Origin: Tubiluchus corallicola
Taxonomy: Eukaryota > Animalia > Priapulida
Reading direction: 5' to 3'
Length of the DNA stretch: 64,000 nt
Assembly (NCBI GenBank): GCA_030141605.1
Contig: JAQGDQ010002367.1
Coordinates: 806,001 to 870,000 of the forward strand
Positions 44,001 to 59,000 of the stretch are shown here, in pieces. Numbering within the stretch: position 1 is the stretch's first letter; each line of letters begins with the position of its first letter. The notes under the pieces were generated by a model. That model saw only the letters and a list, made by a program, of their open reading frames with translations, made no database searches and was not told the origin of the DNA. Position numbers and translations under genes: made by a program.

Positions 44001-47000
44001 ACTTAAATTTCTGGCTGAGACCTATAGACAACAGCACGAGAACCAAACGCTAGGTGTTTGACTTGAACTGTGACATTGTGGCCAACTAAAAATAGATAGT
44101 TAGTGGTGTTAGTCAGCTTGTCGGTGGTCGATTTTTTCGTAGTATAATTTATTAGACTGCATAACAATGAATTTTTAATTCGTACATACTTAGTGAATAG
44201 CGTAAATATGCAATAATGAAACTGTTGTATATTTGTTTTAACATGTTTTAACAACTACCTACTACCATTATCAGCAGAAAAAACAAACCATCATAAGGTA
44301 CCTACAGGGTAAGTCAAAACTCAAAAGTAACTAGCCATTTTTGTAAGTGTATGACTATAATGTATCAAAAAAGTTTTGAAAGGCTTAACAGCATGATTTG
44401 ATAGTGAAGCTGTTTAAGTTTTATTCCGAACAAAAAGCAAGTAATCAAAAAGAAGAAAAGGAACGATTAACATATAGCTAGCTCTTAATATTACACACTT
44501 AAACTTTTAATTTTGTTGGGTTAGCATCAGGAATTGTTATCAATAGTGTTTACGTTTTTTAGAAAGATACTTGGAAAATTTTAATTTTGTTAGTTGATGC
44601 CTGTACTTTTCTAAATGTTATGCCCTATATTATCTAGCTTTGACCACTGTTGAAGGCATATTGGAGAGGGCAATTAGTGGATTACAACAGCAACAACCTG
44701 TAAGAAGGGTTAGTAAAAATTAAATTGATATTTTATCATCTGTGGTTTCTGTTGTTATGGTCAGCATTACAAAAATATTTTCTCTGTCATTGGCTCTGTT
44801 CACTTGATTTATTATTATCTATCTTGGATTCTTCTAATTTTTGTAAACAACATTGCATGTCTTGTGTGTATTTTAGTTTTGCTTTTAATTTGACGCTGTG
44901 GCTTTATATTAGTTTTTCCAGACTCGCTGTATGTTACTATTAATGTATACATGATTTGAATTATGATGATGATGATGATGATGGCAATGTTAACAATATT
45001 AATTCAATATTTTAATTGACAGATACTAATCTTATGTAAATCTTGTTATTGATATGTATTGTTGAATCTTAGGATCGCATGGTTTCTATACAAGTTGCTG
45101 CTTCAATATTAGCTAATATAATTTTCGGTTGTATCTATAATGGAGCAGAGATATTTTGATTAAATTTATTTGACACTTAAATATGTAAGCTTGTGTGTAG
45201 AAATGGGCTGTGCTTACCAGGTGATTTTAACTAACTACTGAGTAATTGATAAGCTGGTATTTCTTCAATGTAAAGCTAGTTAGCTAAGATGCTTTAGTTT
45301 TGACTGGCAGCTTACATAGTAGAAATAAAGTCAGCCCACGGGCGAGGGGGAGGTCTCTAAATCAGTTTAGCATATATCTCTAGAGACCTTTAGCTTTTCA
45401 CTTGGTTATAAACACAAAAATAGCAGCTTTCCTGGCATGCTGGAAAGTTTGACTGAGGTATATAATAAAGGAAGACAAATCATTCATTCTTTTTCCATTT
45501 GTTTTTATGTGATGACAATGGTATTTTGTTCTAACAGTGTCCTAAATTTCACTAATACTTAATTAACGTAACTAGAAATGTTTACATTCATATGAAGGTG
45601 TGTGTGTCCCACCAGATAGCGCTTATTTCATCATCTACTTGCATTCTCTTCTGTGAAAGAGGTGAGCTATTATGACAATTAATTAGTCAGTAATTAGACT
45701 GCCATTAACTAGCTCATGTACTTGTTTTAGGCTCTTGACAAATCTTTAGCTGAACAACTTGACAATGTCATTTCGAAACTAGAAGATTATTGTCGGAAAA
45801 GTGTTCCATTTACTTTGGTATGTAACAAGGTGTATTTGTACAGAAGGCCGGAATTTTCAAACTGAAAATGTTAACACGAGTATCTGCAATTTGTTTGGAC
45901 TATATCTTTGTTACACTACTAGATATAAAAATAGTTTTGTACCACATGGTGTGGCCACATTTTTAGTTTGGTCATATTACGCATTTTATAGCAGTTTGTT
46001 AATTAGTATCTTTTTGTAAATGTTCAATCTGCCAATTGTAAACTAAATAAAATAAAAATCATGACTCCATGACTCACATAGGTTGATGCTAAAGACTGAC
46101 TATTTCCTAAATATTATGTGCCAAACTTCATCTACTGGCTTGACTTTGGTAAAACTGGCACTAATGAATAAGTCAAAGTTGGAATCCTACAAAAAGTAGT
46201 CATTCGGAACAATCAGTTATTGTTCTGAGTTATTATAGTTGATGGAAAAGCAAAAGTGCCAAAAAATGTGAACAAGAATTTTTGCCTGTTTCGATGTTGT
46301 CTCTGTTTGCTTCTGTAGCAGAAACAAGGTACTGTCATTCTTTTTTGGAATAATTTATTCGTTATTTGTAATTAGTCAGGACTTAGTGACCAATAAATTT
46401 CAGTATCTCATGATTGGAAGTAAGGCTGTAGATGACTTTACAAGTGTTGCATTTATGTCAGTCGATAATTATTGATACCTGATTGCGCAAAAACTGTGCA
46501 CTACTTTTAGATAAAACTTCTGTCATGGCCATCTATAACCAAAAAAGTGTTTTTTGAAATTTTTTAAATTTTTCTCCCGAGTGCAATATTTTTTTGTATA
46601 CTTTGGCGTACTCCATGTTGGTATTCACTCATAGGTAGGGCCTACTCAAAGAGCTGTTTGTAGTGTGAGTCGAGCCTGATTCATTATCAAGAATATCCCT
46701 CTAAGATGAGCCACTGGACTAGTAGAGGTGTTTCAGTCAAGGTTTATGAATGATATGGCCTAGATATCGAACCTGCATCATTTACACAAAACGTGAATGT
46801 TTTACCAACTCAGCCAAAACTGTGCCAAATAAAAATTTTATAAATATTTTAACTAAGAGCTGTTGTCTGTGTATAGGTTCTAGATGATCCAAGCGGGAAC
46901 AGTTATGTTCAAAACTACCTAGCTCCTAAAAATGACCCGGCCTTGACTATCGAGAAATATATGAGAAATTTGGAGCAAAACAAAATGCTAGCACTAGTAG

Positions 47001-50000
47001 TGAGTAGAATATTATTTTTAACTTAAGATAGTTAATTAGTTAGTTTTTTATGATTAGGCATTAAACTGACATGAAAGAATTAGACTGCATAACATTCTAT
47101 TTCTTATCGTTATATCGAGGTTACAAAATTTTCAAAAACAGCATTTTTCCATGCTGGTACTGGAGTAAACTGTGTATATTCTGGTAATGACAGCTTGAAG
47201 CCTGTAGCAGACAAATGGTTGGATGACAGCTAACTGAGTAAAAGAGCAGTGTTGGTACGGCTGTAGATCAAGCTAGTTATGAGATTATGAGTGGGTATGG
47301 AATTTGTACAAAACTATAGTATGACCTGTGCTGTTAATAATATCGAAAACCATTTTAAGTCTAAAGAAAAGATCACAAAAATATTAACATTTTTAGCATC
47401 TTTTATTAGTCAAAGTTAAACACTGAAATATTACGTTGATGACTATATTGACAAGCTTGAATGCCTGACATTCCTTGATATCCACAATTTGGACACGCAT
47501 TAACGTGGCAGCTACATATGCAACAGAAGTGCTCAATACTCGGTGTCGGGTCTTTGGTGTTTACGACCATGGCACCCACAATCTAAGAGCACGAGCTAAG
47601 GTGCACCTTTCAGCACATTTTTTTTTGCTTTTACTTTTCTTTATTTAACTAGTTGCTACATAAAAATATATAACATTTAACTCATTTTCTATTAGTTTGT
47701 GAGCTTGGTTGCTACTGTTTGTTTTAGTGGCTTAATAAAATTGGCTTTTAAGAAGCAGAACTTTTCTCATCAAAGTCAAACTATATATCTGGGTTATAAC
47801 TAACTTTATGTGTCATGATAGTCGATTTTTTTTGAGTCAACATAAAATCTTGTTGTGCTGCCCCGGTACACTCCTGGAGACTTGTCCTTTCATAGACGAG
47901 AGTTCTCACTGCTGTCGTTCTTTCCAAACTAGGGTTTTAAATTATGCCTCTAAAATTAGGGATCCAAATTCTGGATGCAGGTCTGCATATGCAATGTGAT
48001 ATCAGAGAACAGATTGTAGAACCTAAATTATAAATGCTGTGTACAAAAGTTCTACAAAAGTTTTTAATGAACAAATTTTAATTCTGATTAAAACAAAAAG
48101 TTGGTACTGGGGGTGTTTTGAACTCATCAAATTATTCTTGTACTAGTCAGTAAAGATTAAACGAGTTGCATCAAACTGCAGACTAATTAACCCTATAACT
48201 ATATTTTCAGGAAGGTGATGCTGAGGACAATGGTGAAATATCTGCATCTGCACCGCTTCCACAAGACATAAAAGAAGAGGTAAAAATTTGTTTATTTTTA
48301 CTGATTTCATTTCATATTGTACGAAATATTGGTGTAGCTGTAAATAGTGCAAGTTGCTACATGTTCATATGAATAACCTGGTGATACAAGTTACTACTAC
48401 TAGAGCCGTTGGTTGAACAACTATTTACATTCTGATACAAGCATACTTTGATCTTCAGTTTGATTTCTGAAGGATGTTGTCCGAGCTAAGACCTCAAAAC
48501 TGTGCCAGTGTCTAGTTGACAGTAGAGGATTTGTTGATTAGGCAAGCGTTTACCTAGAGATAATGCATAGTGCCTTGGCCCCCCGGCCTGCAAAAATTAG
48601 TTGTTTATGAGAATGCATGCAGTTGTAATCTGTACATTTCAAAAATATGACTACACCTTTACCTTAACTACACTTGTATTTCATGCTACAAAACAAAATA
48701 GTCATAAATTGTTTCGAAAATTACTAAAGTGAACTCATTCGTTTAGATCAGCTTTGTGCTACATCGTAGTTTGATGTTTGACATCATAAGTTCTTTTCAA
48801 CTTCCATTTTGGTCTCGTATCTTTGCGATATTCCTAGAGTTATTGACAACAATTTAGCTGTTTGCAGGCATATGTTAATGTAGTTCTGAGACATTTTCTG
48901 AAGTGATAACTTGGAAAGTCACTTACGAGAATTACTAGGTCCTGCAGAAATTGTTTACTTTGCTAGTTACTTTGGAGTTGTGAAAGCATATATATCCAGG
49001 CAGTTTATTTATGTCCTAGCATGATAGACACTTTGCTATGTATTACATGTGTTTTATAATTTCTGCATGTTGGAATTCTTCCATATTCTTCTTTATTCTC
49101 TGGCATTACTATTGCTTGACTGTAGGGATCCAATCATGTTTACTGTTGATCTTGAAATTTATTCATACGTAACGTTTGCCGACAAAACTGAATCTGTTTG
49201 GGTAAATATTAGCTTAAAAATAAAAATATCAGACTCTTACACAAGTCAGATTGCCATCAAACTTTTCCGAAACTATTGAACATGTTAGTGGCTGTTTTTC
49301 AATTGTTGTTTGACTTATGAATAGCCTTTGTCATTGCTCGTGATGAATGGAAATGATTTTGTGTACAATACTGCCTCTTTGCTTTGCCTTTTGGTTTTAG
49401 CTACTTCTATTGACATTGTAATTTCATACTTCTGTACATCAGTACTTAGTACCGTTTGCTTGATTTTCAAAGACAATGAACCTTTCGGGCTTCACTTGTT
49501 GCTGCAATGGTTCCCTATAAATATTGTGGCCTTGTGCAGAAACACATCAAGTTCTAGTGACCGGTGGACATCCCAAGTTTACTTCTTCTCTTGTCATTGA
49601 GTATAAATCTATCTGCTGTTCATTTATGCGTAATCGACTGACACAACCTGTGAATCCTTGAATACTGTCAACCGGAAGATTGTCTTTTGTTACACTAGAT
49701 GGCACACCACCAAGGTACAAGTTTCTGGGTGTGTTGTCAATTGATAAACCTCTGTCAAGTTTTAATTCGTGCAAATCTGAATCAACTGTCAACGTAACTA
49801 GCTGAATATCTAGCAGCATAGCAATGCTGTGTCGGTCTCCATTGCATAGGTAGTTTTCTGGTAGATTCACTGTTATGTTGTAGGGTTCCTGAAAGTTGTT
49901 GCTGATTAGTAAATTCACATTTCCTTCCACAGTCCTGAGAATGAAAAAGCTTCTTGGTGGACCTATCATAGCCATAAGCAAGCCTGTTGTGGTATTTTGT

Positions 50001-53000
50001 GGTTGTATGATGAGACTGAGTGACAGGCTGGTTCCGATGCTGAATGTTGTTGATACAACTGATGTTCCACTGCCTGCAAAATACAGACCAGTTGTTTCGT
50101 TCACTGTACAGTTGCTTGTGCCCATCATTTCACTTGGCACCTCATTATCAAAATTTACTACTGTCGGTTGTTTAAATCTGATATTTCTTAAACAACCTTG
50201 AAAGGCTCGTTGGGCATTTCCGTCTATTATTTGATTGCTGAAGTCAAGTGGAATGCCACCAAAATAGATCTCGAGTTGTATATTTAGAGGCGTAAATTCT
50301 TGTGATATCTGATTAGTATTATAGTCAGTTGCTGGCATATTTGGTTCCGTGATGTACAGTATGAGAAAATTGTTTGTACGAAAGATGTCCACTGTTCTCC
50401 ATTCACCGTCATCGTATTTGTTTGTACTTTGCACAGACTCCACCCCTCGTAATGTACGCATTCTGAAAACCAGCCTCCCTTTTTCAATGTACAACGCGAT
50501 AAAATTACGGGGAAAACGTTTCAAATCTGATGCGTAGAACATCATTCCATTCGCTGCTAAAGAACGGAAATCCATCGAAAGGGCTAGTATGGTTTCCAGA
50601 GCATTCCTGCTAAGCGAATCCGAATTGAATTTAATGAAACTTTCTGGCTGATTTCCAAATTTTGTTCCATCTGTTTCTGGGTCAATTTCTGGCAATGAAC
50701 ATGTTGCAGGCGGTGTTACGGTTGTCAGGGTTGGTCCGGGTTCCTCTAGTTCTGGTTTGTTAACAGCATTAAGAGCAACATTTACTGCTTTTGTGATCAA
50801 CATGGGCTCACTAATATCTACCGTTTGCCCATTTATCGTGATATTTGCAGCGTCTCCGTTATAGAAAGAAGCACTAGGCAATTGTGTTGGCACAAATATG
50901 TTAACAGGAACTCCTCCAATATAGACTGTTAGGGTGTCTCTTGGAGCTGTAGGTAGAAAAACTCTGTTTCTTTGAACATACCGAATACTGTCTACCATTA
51001 TTACTGGGAAATTTGTCTTGAACTCTATATGTACCTCATGCCATTGTCTATCATTTAGTTCTAGTCCTCTGGTTTGGATAGGAATGCCAAAATTCATGCC
51101 AGCACTAACAAACTGCATAAATATGTCGCCATTAAACAAGCCTATATAAGCTATGTTCCTTCGATTGTCTTCTGTGTACAGCAATAAGCTACTTGAAACG
51201 TGGGTTTTCAATGAAAATCCAACTTCCCGTAGCATGCCAATGCTCGCATCATGGATGTCAATGGCAATATATGAACTTTCTTCAGCAAAGCTTATTCCTA
51301 CTTCAGTTGGATATTTGCAACCTTCAGTAACACCACTGCTGCTCAAAAATTCTGCTAATTTTAGTGATTGTGGCAGAAATGGCTTCCTTTCTGATGACCT
51401 GTAAAAGACGTTTCTTAAGCAACCAGCATAACTTTTCTCCTCTTTATCGCCCATTCCTCCTAGGAAGAATTTTAGTCTACCACTAAACTGTGGTAAAGAT
51501 GTTCTAACTTGTTCAACCACGTTTTCTACTTCTACTGGCAGTGATGTATTCAGACTGGACAGAGCGATTAATGCAGTACTTCTATTGTAAACAGCTTTTA
51601 CTTGATAATATTGTCCATCGTTGTAGGTGTTTAAGCTACTTATTGTTATGCCTCTGGAACTACCACCTTTTGTCTCCAGTCTGACTCTACCCTCTGCCAT
51701 GGAAAGTTTATACTCTCCGGTATTATCAGCTTTAATTATAATCAATGGGGCACTGCTGGTAAATGTGGAGAATTCTGCAAGAATGTCTAAACCAATGTCA
51801 AGTTCCACATCTGCGAATGCCAATTCAACGTACGAATTTATTCCATTGAAACGAATGGCATCTCTGCAGACATCTGATGTGCACCTAGGTTTGTTCCAGG
51901 ACATCATGTCGACTACCGGAGGTTTTGGGCAGCATATTTGTGGATCATTCTGAATGGGTATTGGTGCGCTGGACTGCAACAGACTGATAGGCGATCCATC
52001 TATTCGCAAACCAAACAAGCAGCCAACATAGTTTTCTCTTGGTGTGTTTTTTGCAGTTTGGTAGTTTGATGGGATTCCTCCCAGAAACATTTGGGATGTT
52101 ATGTTAATTTCTCCATTTTCATTGTTCAATTCTTCAACAACAGTTTCCTTTTTATTATTCTCTAGGTTTGTTATTGTTAAAGTGCCATGAAACTTAAAGC
52201 GAGATAGTGAAACTTCAAGCCAACATCCTGTACACAACTCATTCACACTCCTCAGAACTACTTCTTTCTGTCCACCTCCAAATTTGAAAACAATTTTTTT
52301 ATCACGAAGCTCGATACTAATACAATTCACTCCATTTCTGTCCTCAGCAAAATACAGAAGGCTGTCCATAGTGTCCACATCAAGCTTGAACTGCAGCACT
52401 AATTCATTGTGGATTGTAGATCTGGGTTGTATGTTAAACTGAAATATATCCTGTCCTGCTATATGTAATGGCATTGTTGCGTGCTCTGTTGCTTTCATTA
52501 CTCGTGTCAGTAATTCATCAATAGATGTCATTTTCTCAAAAACAATGGAAAAAGAATCTTGATTTTTGTCAACCAAATCCATAGACTGCTGAATTGAATC
52601 TGTGATTGTACTTGCTTTTCGTTTTATGTTCATTGTTCTTTGTTCGAGGTTTGATATTTGTGAATTAATTGCCTTGGTATTGTTTTCGGCTTTGGACAGT
52701 GCCATTTCGGCTTTTTCTATTTCAGCACCTTTAGGGGATAACTGTGATTGAACTTTTCGCACTTGAACACTAGTTTCTATGGCATTCTCTGACGCTTTTC
52801 TTACTTTATCTTCAATGTCATTTTCCTTCACCTCAAAGTTAATTGCATTTAGTTGCAGTTGTGTGCTCATTTTTTCCTGCTTAATGTCCTCCTGCCACAA
52901 TGGCAGTGTCTGGTAGAGGCTTCTGTTAGCACTCGTTACTTCTGCTTTTAACCGGGCCACGTCAGTATCACTGCTAGCGGCAGTTGACTGTAGTTCCTGT

Positions 53001-56000
53001 GCCCGATTAAGTGCTAACTGAGCATCGTCATTCAAGTCTTCCACACTACCAGCAAGTGTTACTGCATCCGAAATGGATTTGTCTGCTTTGTCAGCCAGTT
53101 CTTCAGCATTAGCGATTACTTCAATGGTGAATTTGTACCTCTCAATAGCATCGACAGCTTCCTGGCCAATGTCAGCAACAGACGTGAAGGCTTCTGATAT
53201 ACGCTGAGCATCTGCCTCTATTTTCCGTAGGAGCCGATCGGTAGACGTAGTTTGTAGTTCTGCTTCTTGTACAGCTTCTGATGCTATCTCCAGCCTCTCT
53301 GCAGCTTCTCTTGTTACAAGTGTCCATTCAGTTGATGCTTCTACTGCTTTGCTCAATGTGTCTGTGGCATTTCGAAACATATCCTCAGAATCTTCTAGTA
53401 TTTTGATTGTTTTGTCAATGGCAGCCACAGTTCTATTAATTGTGTCGTTGGTTGCATTGACTTTTGTGTTAATGTCCAGTAGAGTGCTTTGAAAACTTTG
53501 AAGCTGAAGGTTAACCTGAAAAATTGATGTCTGGTTTGACTGGACTGCATTCATGATCGTTATTAGGTCAGAGATTATTGCTTCAGCAGTTTCTTTTGTT
53601 TCCGTCACAGTTTCGTCCTGTAAATAATGAATATAAGTTAACGTAACACTTTCAGTTTTTATTAAACTGTTAATTAATTATTAAAATCAGGAATAAAATC
53701 ATTAGTTTTATGCCTGTATATGCATACCAAGCTGCCAGTTAGCTGTTTTAATTCTTTTATATTGTTGGTTAGGTTTCTAGCTTGTAACAGCTCTTGCATG
53801 AACAATACTTCTTCTTGTGTGAAATCGATGCTGACCTCATTGTCTGTAATTTCCAGATTCTCTACCTAGAAAATTTAAGGAACAGAGGTAGTGATACATT
53901 CAGGAACACATTTATTTTCAAAATAACATTTGTGTGATAATAAAAGAACTTATTTGACAAGTTGTTTTGCTGAGGTCGTGAGGTATTTCATCTATAAAGG
54001 GTTGTCCACATTTTGCTTCATGTGATTTGCTGTAAAACATGTGTGAGCATTGTTAAGATTTTGCCGATATCTGAGTTGCATATCTTAAATTTGGAAAAAC
54101 TTGGATTGGCCGAATGAATATGTCATGTGTAATCATTTTACTAATTATCCAAATATACTAATTTACTAAGTATAAGTTAATGAAAGTAAGTCATGCAGTT
54201 CAGTGAGACTCCTCGCAGATATTTACAACAAACTGAAGTAAGCGAGTTAAACAGTAGAGATTTATAGGCGAAAGGCATCTAATTCATACCATCTGATCAG
54301 CAGTGCTGACGTATCCTTGAATTACACCGAGAATGATGTGGTATGTGTTGTTATTGACCCTGTGTTTCTCTAGCAGCTCTTGTGCATTGAACAAGAACTG
54401 ATGACATCTTGTTTGCAACATTTCGGTTTGGTTGAATATGGCCAGTACATCGTTTCTTGTTCGTTCCATTCGTACAACTTGTTGCTCCAGATCTCGTTCG
54501 TGAGTTGGCACCTGGTGAATTTATTTTACATAATAAGTACATAAAGGAGGATAAACAATGCTCAATTAAAAATCACTACCCCTATTTAAAAATCTAGTAC
54601 AAGAGAAATTAGACAAAGAACAGAGTAAGTAGAGAACAGAACAAAGAACAGATTAGGTAGAGAACAGAGCAAAGAACAGGGTAAGAACATATTTACACAG
54701 CAAAGATTAGTAAACTAAATATTTAAAAAAGGGTTGTAAGCGTATATTGCCAATGGGTAAATATTTTCGACGTTAAAATGACATCAGTGTTAAGAATAAA
54801 ACTGTGTATGACTACGTTGCTTGAATTTAAAACTCGCTGATGAAGGCTAAAAGTATTTTTACGTTGAATCTTTATAAAATGATTACAGCCATTTTCGGCA
54901 CATATTCTAGATCTTGTGCTGCCGCTGTGATCCACAGATTACAACAGTAAAAATATGAACCATAAGATTTTAACGACGTGTTTGACATCAAGAGAGCAAA
55001 AATTAAAATTTATATAAAGAATATTAAATCTAATTGAGAACAGGCACAATTGATTTAAAATTTCAGCGTCGTTTTTAAGATTTTATCTCAAGAACTCATT
55101 TAAATTGTTGTTTAAGTAGAAACTGTAGCGAAATTAACTTGATGAGAAAGCAGACACTGCATATTCTAATTACTGTTGATGTTTGATCAAAAACAGAATG
55201 TATAATCCAAATAAAGGTATTTAAGGTGTTGTGCGTATACGTTTAGCAGTTATTCTGATAAAGGCGGCAAAAATGACTTACCAAAAATGATACATATTTG
55301 TAACATTTATTGTCAAAAAAAGACACATTTTGATGTAGCTGAAAAAATTAATAATAATAATAATAATATATTAACTTCATTTAGAGCATAGTCCAGGAAG
55401 AACACCTTAAGTAACTCTGTACTTATTTCCAAGGCGATCTCGATTATTATTACCCACACGTTACGACGATAAATGCACGTGCTTGGTCGAAGAACCAGCG
55501 GTACCATTTTTGAAGTCCTTGGTATGACTCAGTTGGGAGTTGAACCCTTAACCTCCCGGGTGGGAAGCGAGCATGCTGCCATTGAGCTGCACTACCAGCC
55601 TACTTTTTAAGTGTTTTCCGTAAGCATTGCCTTTAACCTTTAAACCTTTTCAGTAATAGTTATGTTTTGCGAATAAATAAGAAATACGCTAATGAAAATA
55701 AATACATTATATGAATGTGAAATTAAAACTTGCCTGGCAGTACATTTTATCCAAATATTTAGTATTTTACACCAAGGAGCTACTGGTAATAATTAATTTA
55801 CATTTTTATCGAGAGATGTTGCTTTGCAGTTCTAATATTTCATGTCTCAGGAAAAAAACTTTGAACAGGTGAGTAGAATGAACAGTAACATCACAAGGAA
55901 AGCATCAGAAATTATTTAGAGAAATTGGCTCAAGTTTATCTAGCTCTAAAATAAGACTGAAAATGTTTTGCAAACTTTGCAGATGGCAAATCCTGTCAAA

Positions 56001-59000
56001 AATTTTACCTTATTTAAAAGTTCTCTAAGCTGTAATTGCATTTGACTTAAGATTCCTGTTGATGTTGTGCCGAAAAAGTCCAGAGGTTCTGCCAGTTCCT
56101 GTTCTAATAATTGCAGTGTAGCTTCCTTCTCAACATATTGTCTAAGTTTCTCAGTATCATTGGCATAAATTTGTTCTCTTTCAAGCAACCTTTCACTGGC
56201 ATCAAAGAGTGATGCATGACACTGTTCGCATTCACTACAGCCGTCTGCAGTAAAGCCAGTAAACATGCGCTTGCATTCCCCACATTGTCTACCACCTATA
56301 CCGATCTTACATTCACACTGCCCTGTGGTCATGTCACATAGTCCTGTTGCAAAACTTTCTGCTACAGTACCAATAGGATCACAGTCGCACCGTTGACAGG
56401 GACGATTTGGCAGACCCCAGTATCCCTCAACACATTTATCACAGAATTCTGAACGTGTGTCTACATTTGGAAGGCAGGGGCAAATGCCAGAATTGTCGCA
56501 TTGAATAGTTCTGCTTCCATATTTATTGCATTTACAGTCGAGGCAACCTTGTCGTGAAAATCTGTAGTATCCTTCTTGGCAAGAACTACATGTTCTTGTC
56601 CCAACCCCAGGATAGCATTCACATTGCCCTGTTGTATGGTTACAAACATCTACAACTGAACCTGTCACATCACAGTCACATGGACTACAGTCTTGCTTTG
56701 ATGCATCACCATAATAACCATCTAAACATCGATCACAATTTTTACCTGTTGTCTTAAAGGCGCAGTCTATGCATGCACCTGTATCAGGATCACAAGTGTC
56801 AGAATTACCATGACAATTGCATGGTGTGCATTTACCACCAAGAAGAGGCTCCCCGTAATAAAATTCAATGCACTGGTCACATAAATTACCTGTATAACCT
56901 TGCTGGCAGTTCAGACATAAGGGACGTCCATTTGGTAGTAGCTCACATTCTGTGCTGTTCACTCGTGGTGGAATGCAAGGACATTCTCTACAATCACCTG
57001 GTGTCCCAATAGTCGCATTTCCATAAAATCCAAGTTTACAGAAGTGACAGTTAAAACCTTCGGTATTGTGTTTGCAAGCTAAGCATTCGCCAGTGAGCTC
57101 GTCGCAGCTGTCAGAATGTCTATGACACTCACACCGAATGCATTCTCCCAGAGGTAATCCGCCTTTCCGTCTGTACCCAGTAGCACATTTTTCACAAGAA
57201 AGTCCTCTATAACCTGGACCGCATTCACACTCCTCTACGCTTACAGATTTCAGAGGTGAAAATGCATGAAGTGCTTTTCCGTATGAGATCCAGTACAGTC
57301 TTACATCATGTGCTCCATCATTGTATGCTGCTGGAACAAGAAATTCAGAAATATTTGCTAATGCAAGTAGCATCTGACTTCTTGTTGTATTTGAAACAAA
57401 GCTGGGGCTTTCTGTCCACTGGGTTTCATGTAGCTTAATTGATATTTCTGTTGAGTCATCAGGCAAAACAGGAGAGAGTGTGTGGTACAGTGTAATTTCA
57501 TTATTACTGTGGATAATTGCTTTTGGACCAGGAAGTGCTTCATTTACTGTACCAAATGATGACAAGTCATCTTTGCTGTATTCAATGGTATAATTTATGT
57601 GGCTTCCATATGATGTCAGCAAATTTCCAGATAATTTTGGAATCTTCCAATAAATTTCATTACCACCTAGTCTAGGAATTTTCGCACTCAAACCTTGTAC
57701 CCCTCGAATACGGGTCACATTAATTTCGACATTAAATTCAGACCTTCCTGACTCATCTACAATAGTGAAAGCAGAATAGTTGAAATTGGTTAGGTGATGT
57801 ATGTATAGATTGGCTGCAAAGCATCTATCTGTTACACCCATGCAAATACATTCTAAGCAACCTGTTTGATGCATTGTTGACTTAGAAAATGTGCCATCAG
57901 CACACCGATCACATAACAAGCCACCAGTTAAGTGCTTGCATTCGCATTGACCTGTAGTTGTATTACATGCTGATGATATGCTGCCTGCCAGGTCACATCC
58001 ACATGGTGTGCAACCTCTTTGTGACAGACCTTTGTAGCCAGCCCTACATTCGCTGCATGTTTGCCCAGTAACACCACGTTTGCATCGGCACTCTCCAGTT
58101 TCAGTATTGCATTCGTGGCTTAAAGCTCCAACTCTACTGCAGTCACACGGAAGGCAACCACGTGTAGCATTATATCCCCAGTGCCTTGGCTCACATTGGT
58201 CACATTGTTGCCCTCTTGTATTAGAAGGACAACTGCATTGGCCGCTTATGGGATCGCAAACTTCACTGTGCCCAAAACAATTGCAAGGTTTGCAACCATT
58301 CCCTGTTAATGAGTAAAAACCAACTTCACACTGTCTGCATCTGCGCCCACTTACTCCTTCTTTACATGGGCATTGGCCTCCATATGTTTCACACGTACTA
58401 GAGAAGCTACCTAGACGATGGCAGTTGCATTGGGAAGCGCCATCTAAGTAAAATGACACAACCGAGAATGCTGTTGGCATGCAATATCCTCTTTCTCGTG
58501 TCACATCACCAGATATGATATTGCAGCGACTAGCAAACTGCTGAGCCTCAGCTAACCCAAGCACATCTTCGGGAAAATAAAACTCATTTGGTAGGAGCAC
58601 AAGACGATCCATGCGAATTTCCGCATTTGTTTGTATGTTGATACGTATTCTGTACTCTCCTGGATCAAGATTAAACAATTCTCTGTTTCCTGCTGTTCCA
58701 ATTGCTTGATAGCACCACCTCAAACAAAAGTTGAGCAGAGTTGTACCTTGCACTAAAGCACCAGCTGATGATGTGAGCTCTATGTTCACTACCGCTGTGA
58801 ATTGCATAATGTAACGGATTAGTATATAAAATTGTCCTTTGAAACCCTCCGGTACCTGAATAATTCCTCGAACAGTGTCCTGCTGTCCAACAAGAAGTGT
58901 ATAACCAGGACCTAAAAACCCAGGATACAGTGTGTCATCCCTCTGAAAAGCAAAACTATGAATGTCTTCAAGATCAGCATAGATGAAGTGAAAGGTTGGC

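Noticed and set aside
55520-55600. Functional tRNA gene
   Set aside because: A and B boxes are present but there is no complete cloverleaf, and it continues into a SINE body with a simple-repeat tail.
55790-55870. Possible extra small laminin coiled-coil exon ([14 protein letters not shown] on the minus strand)
   Set aside because: No in-phase acceptor/donor pair, the frame ends in a stop, and the flanking exons already join in phase 0.
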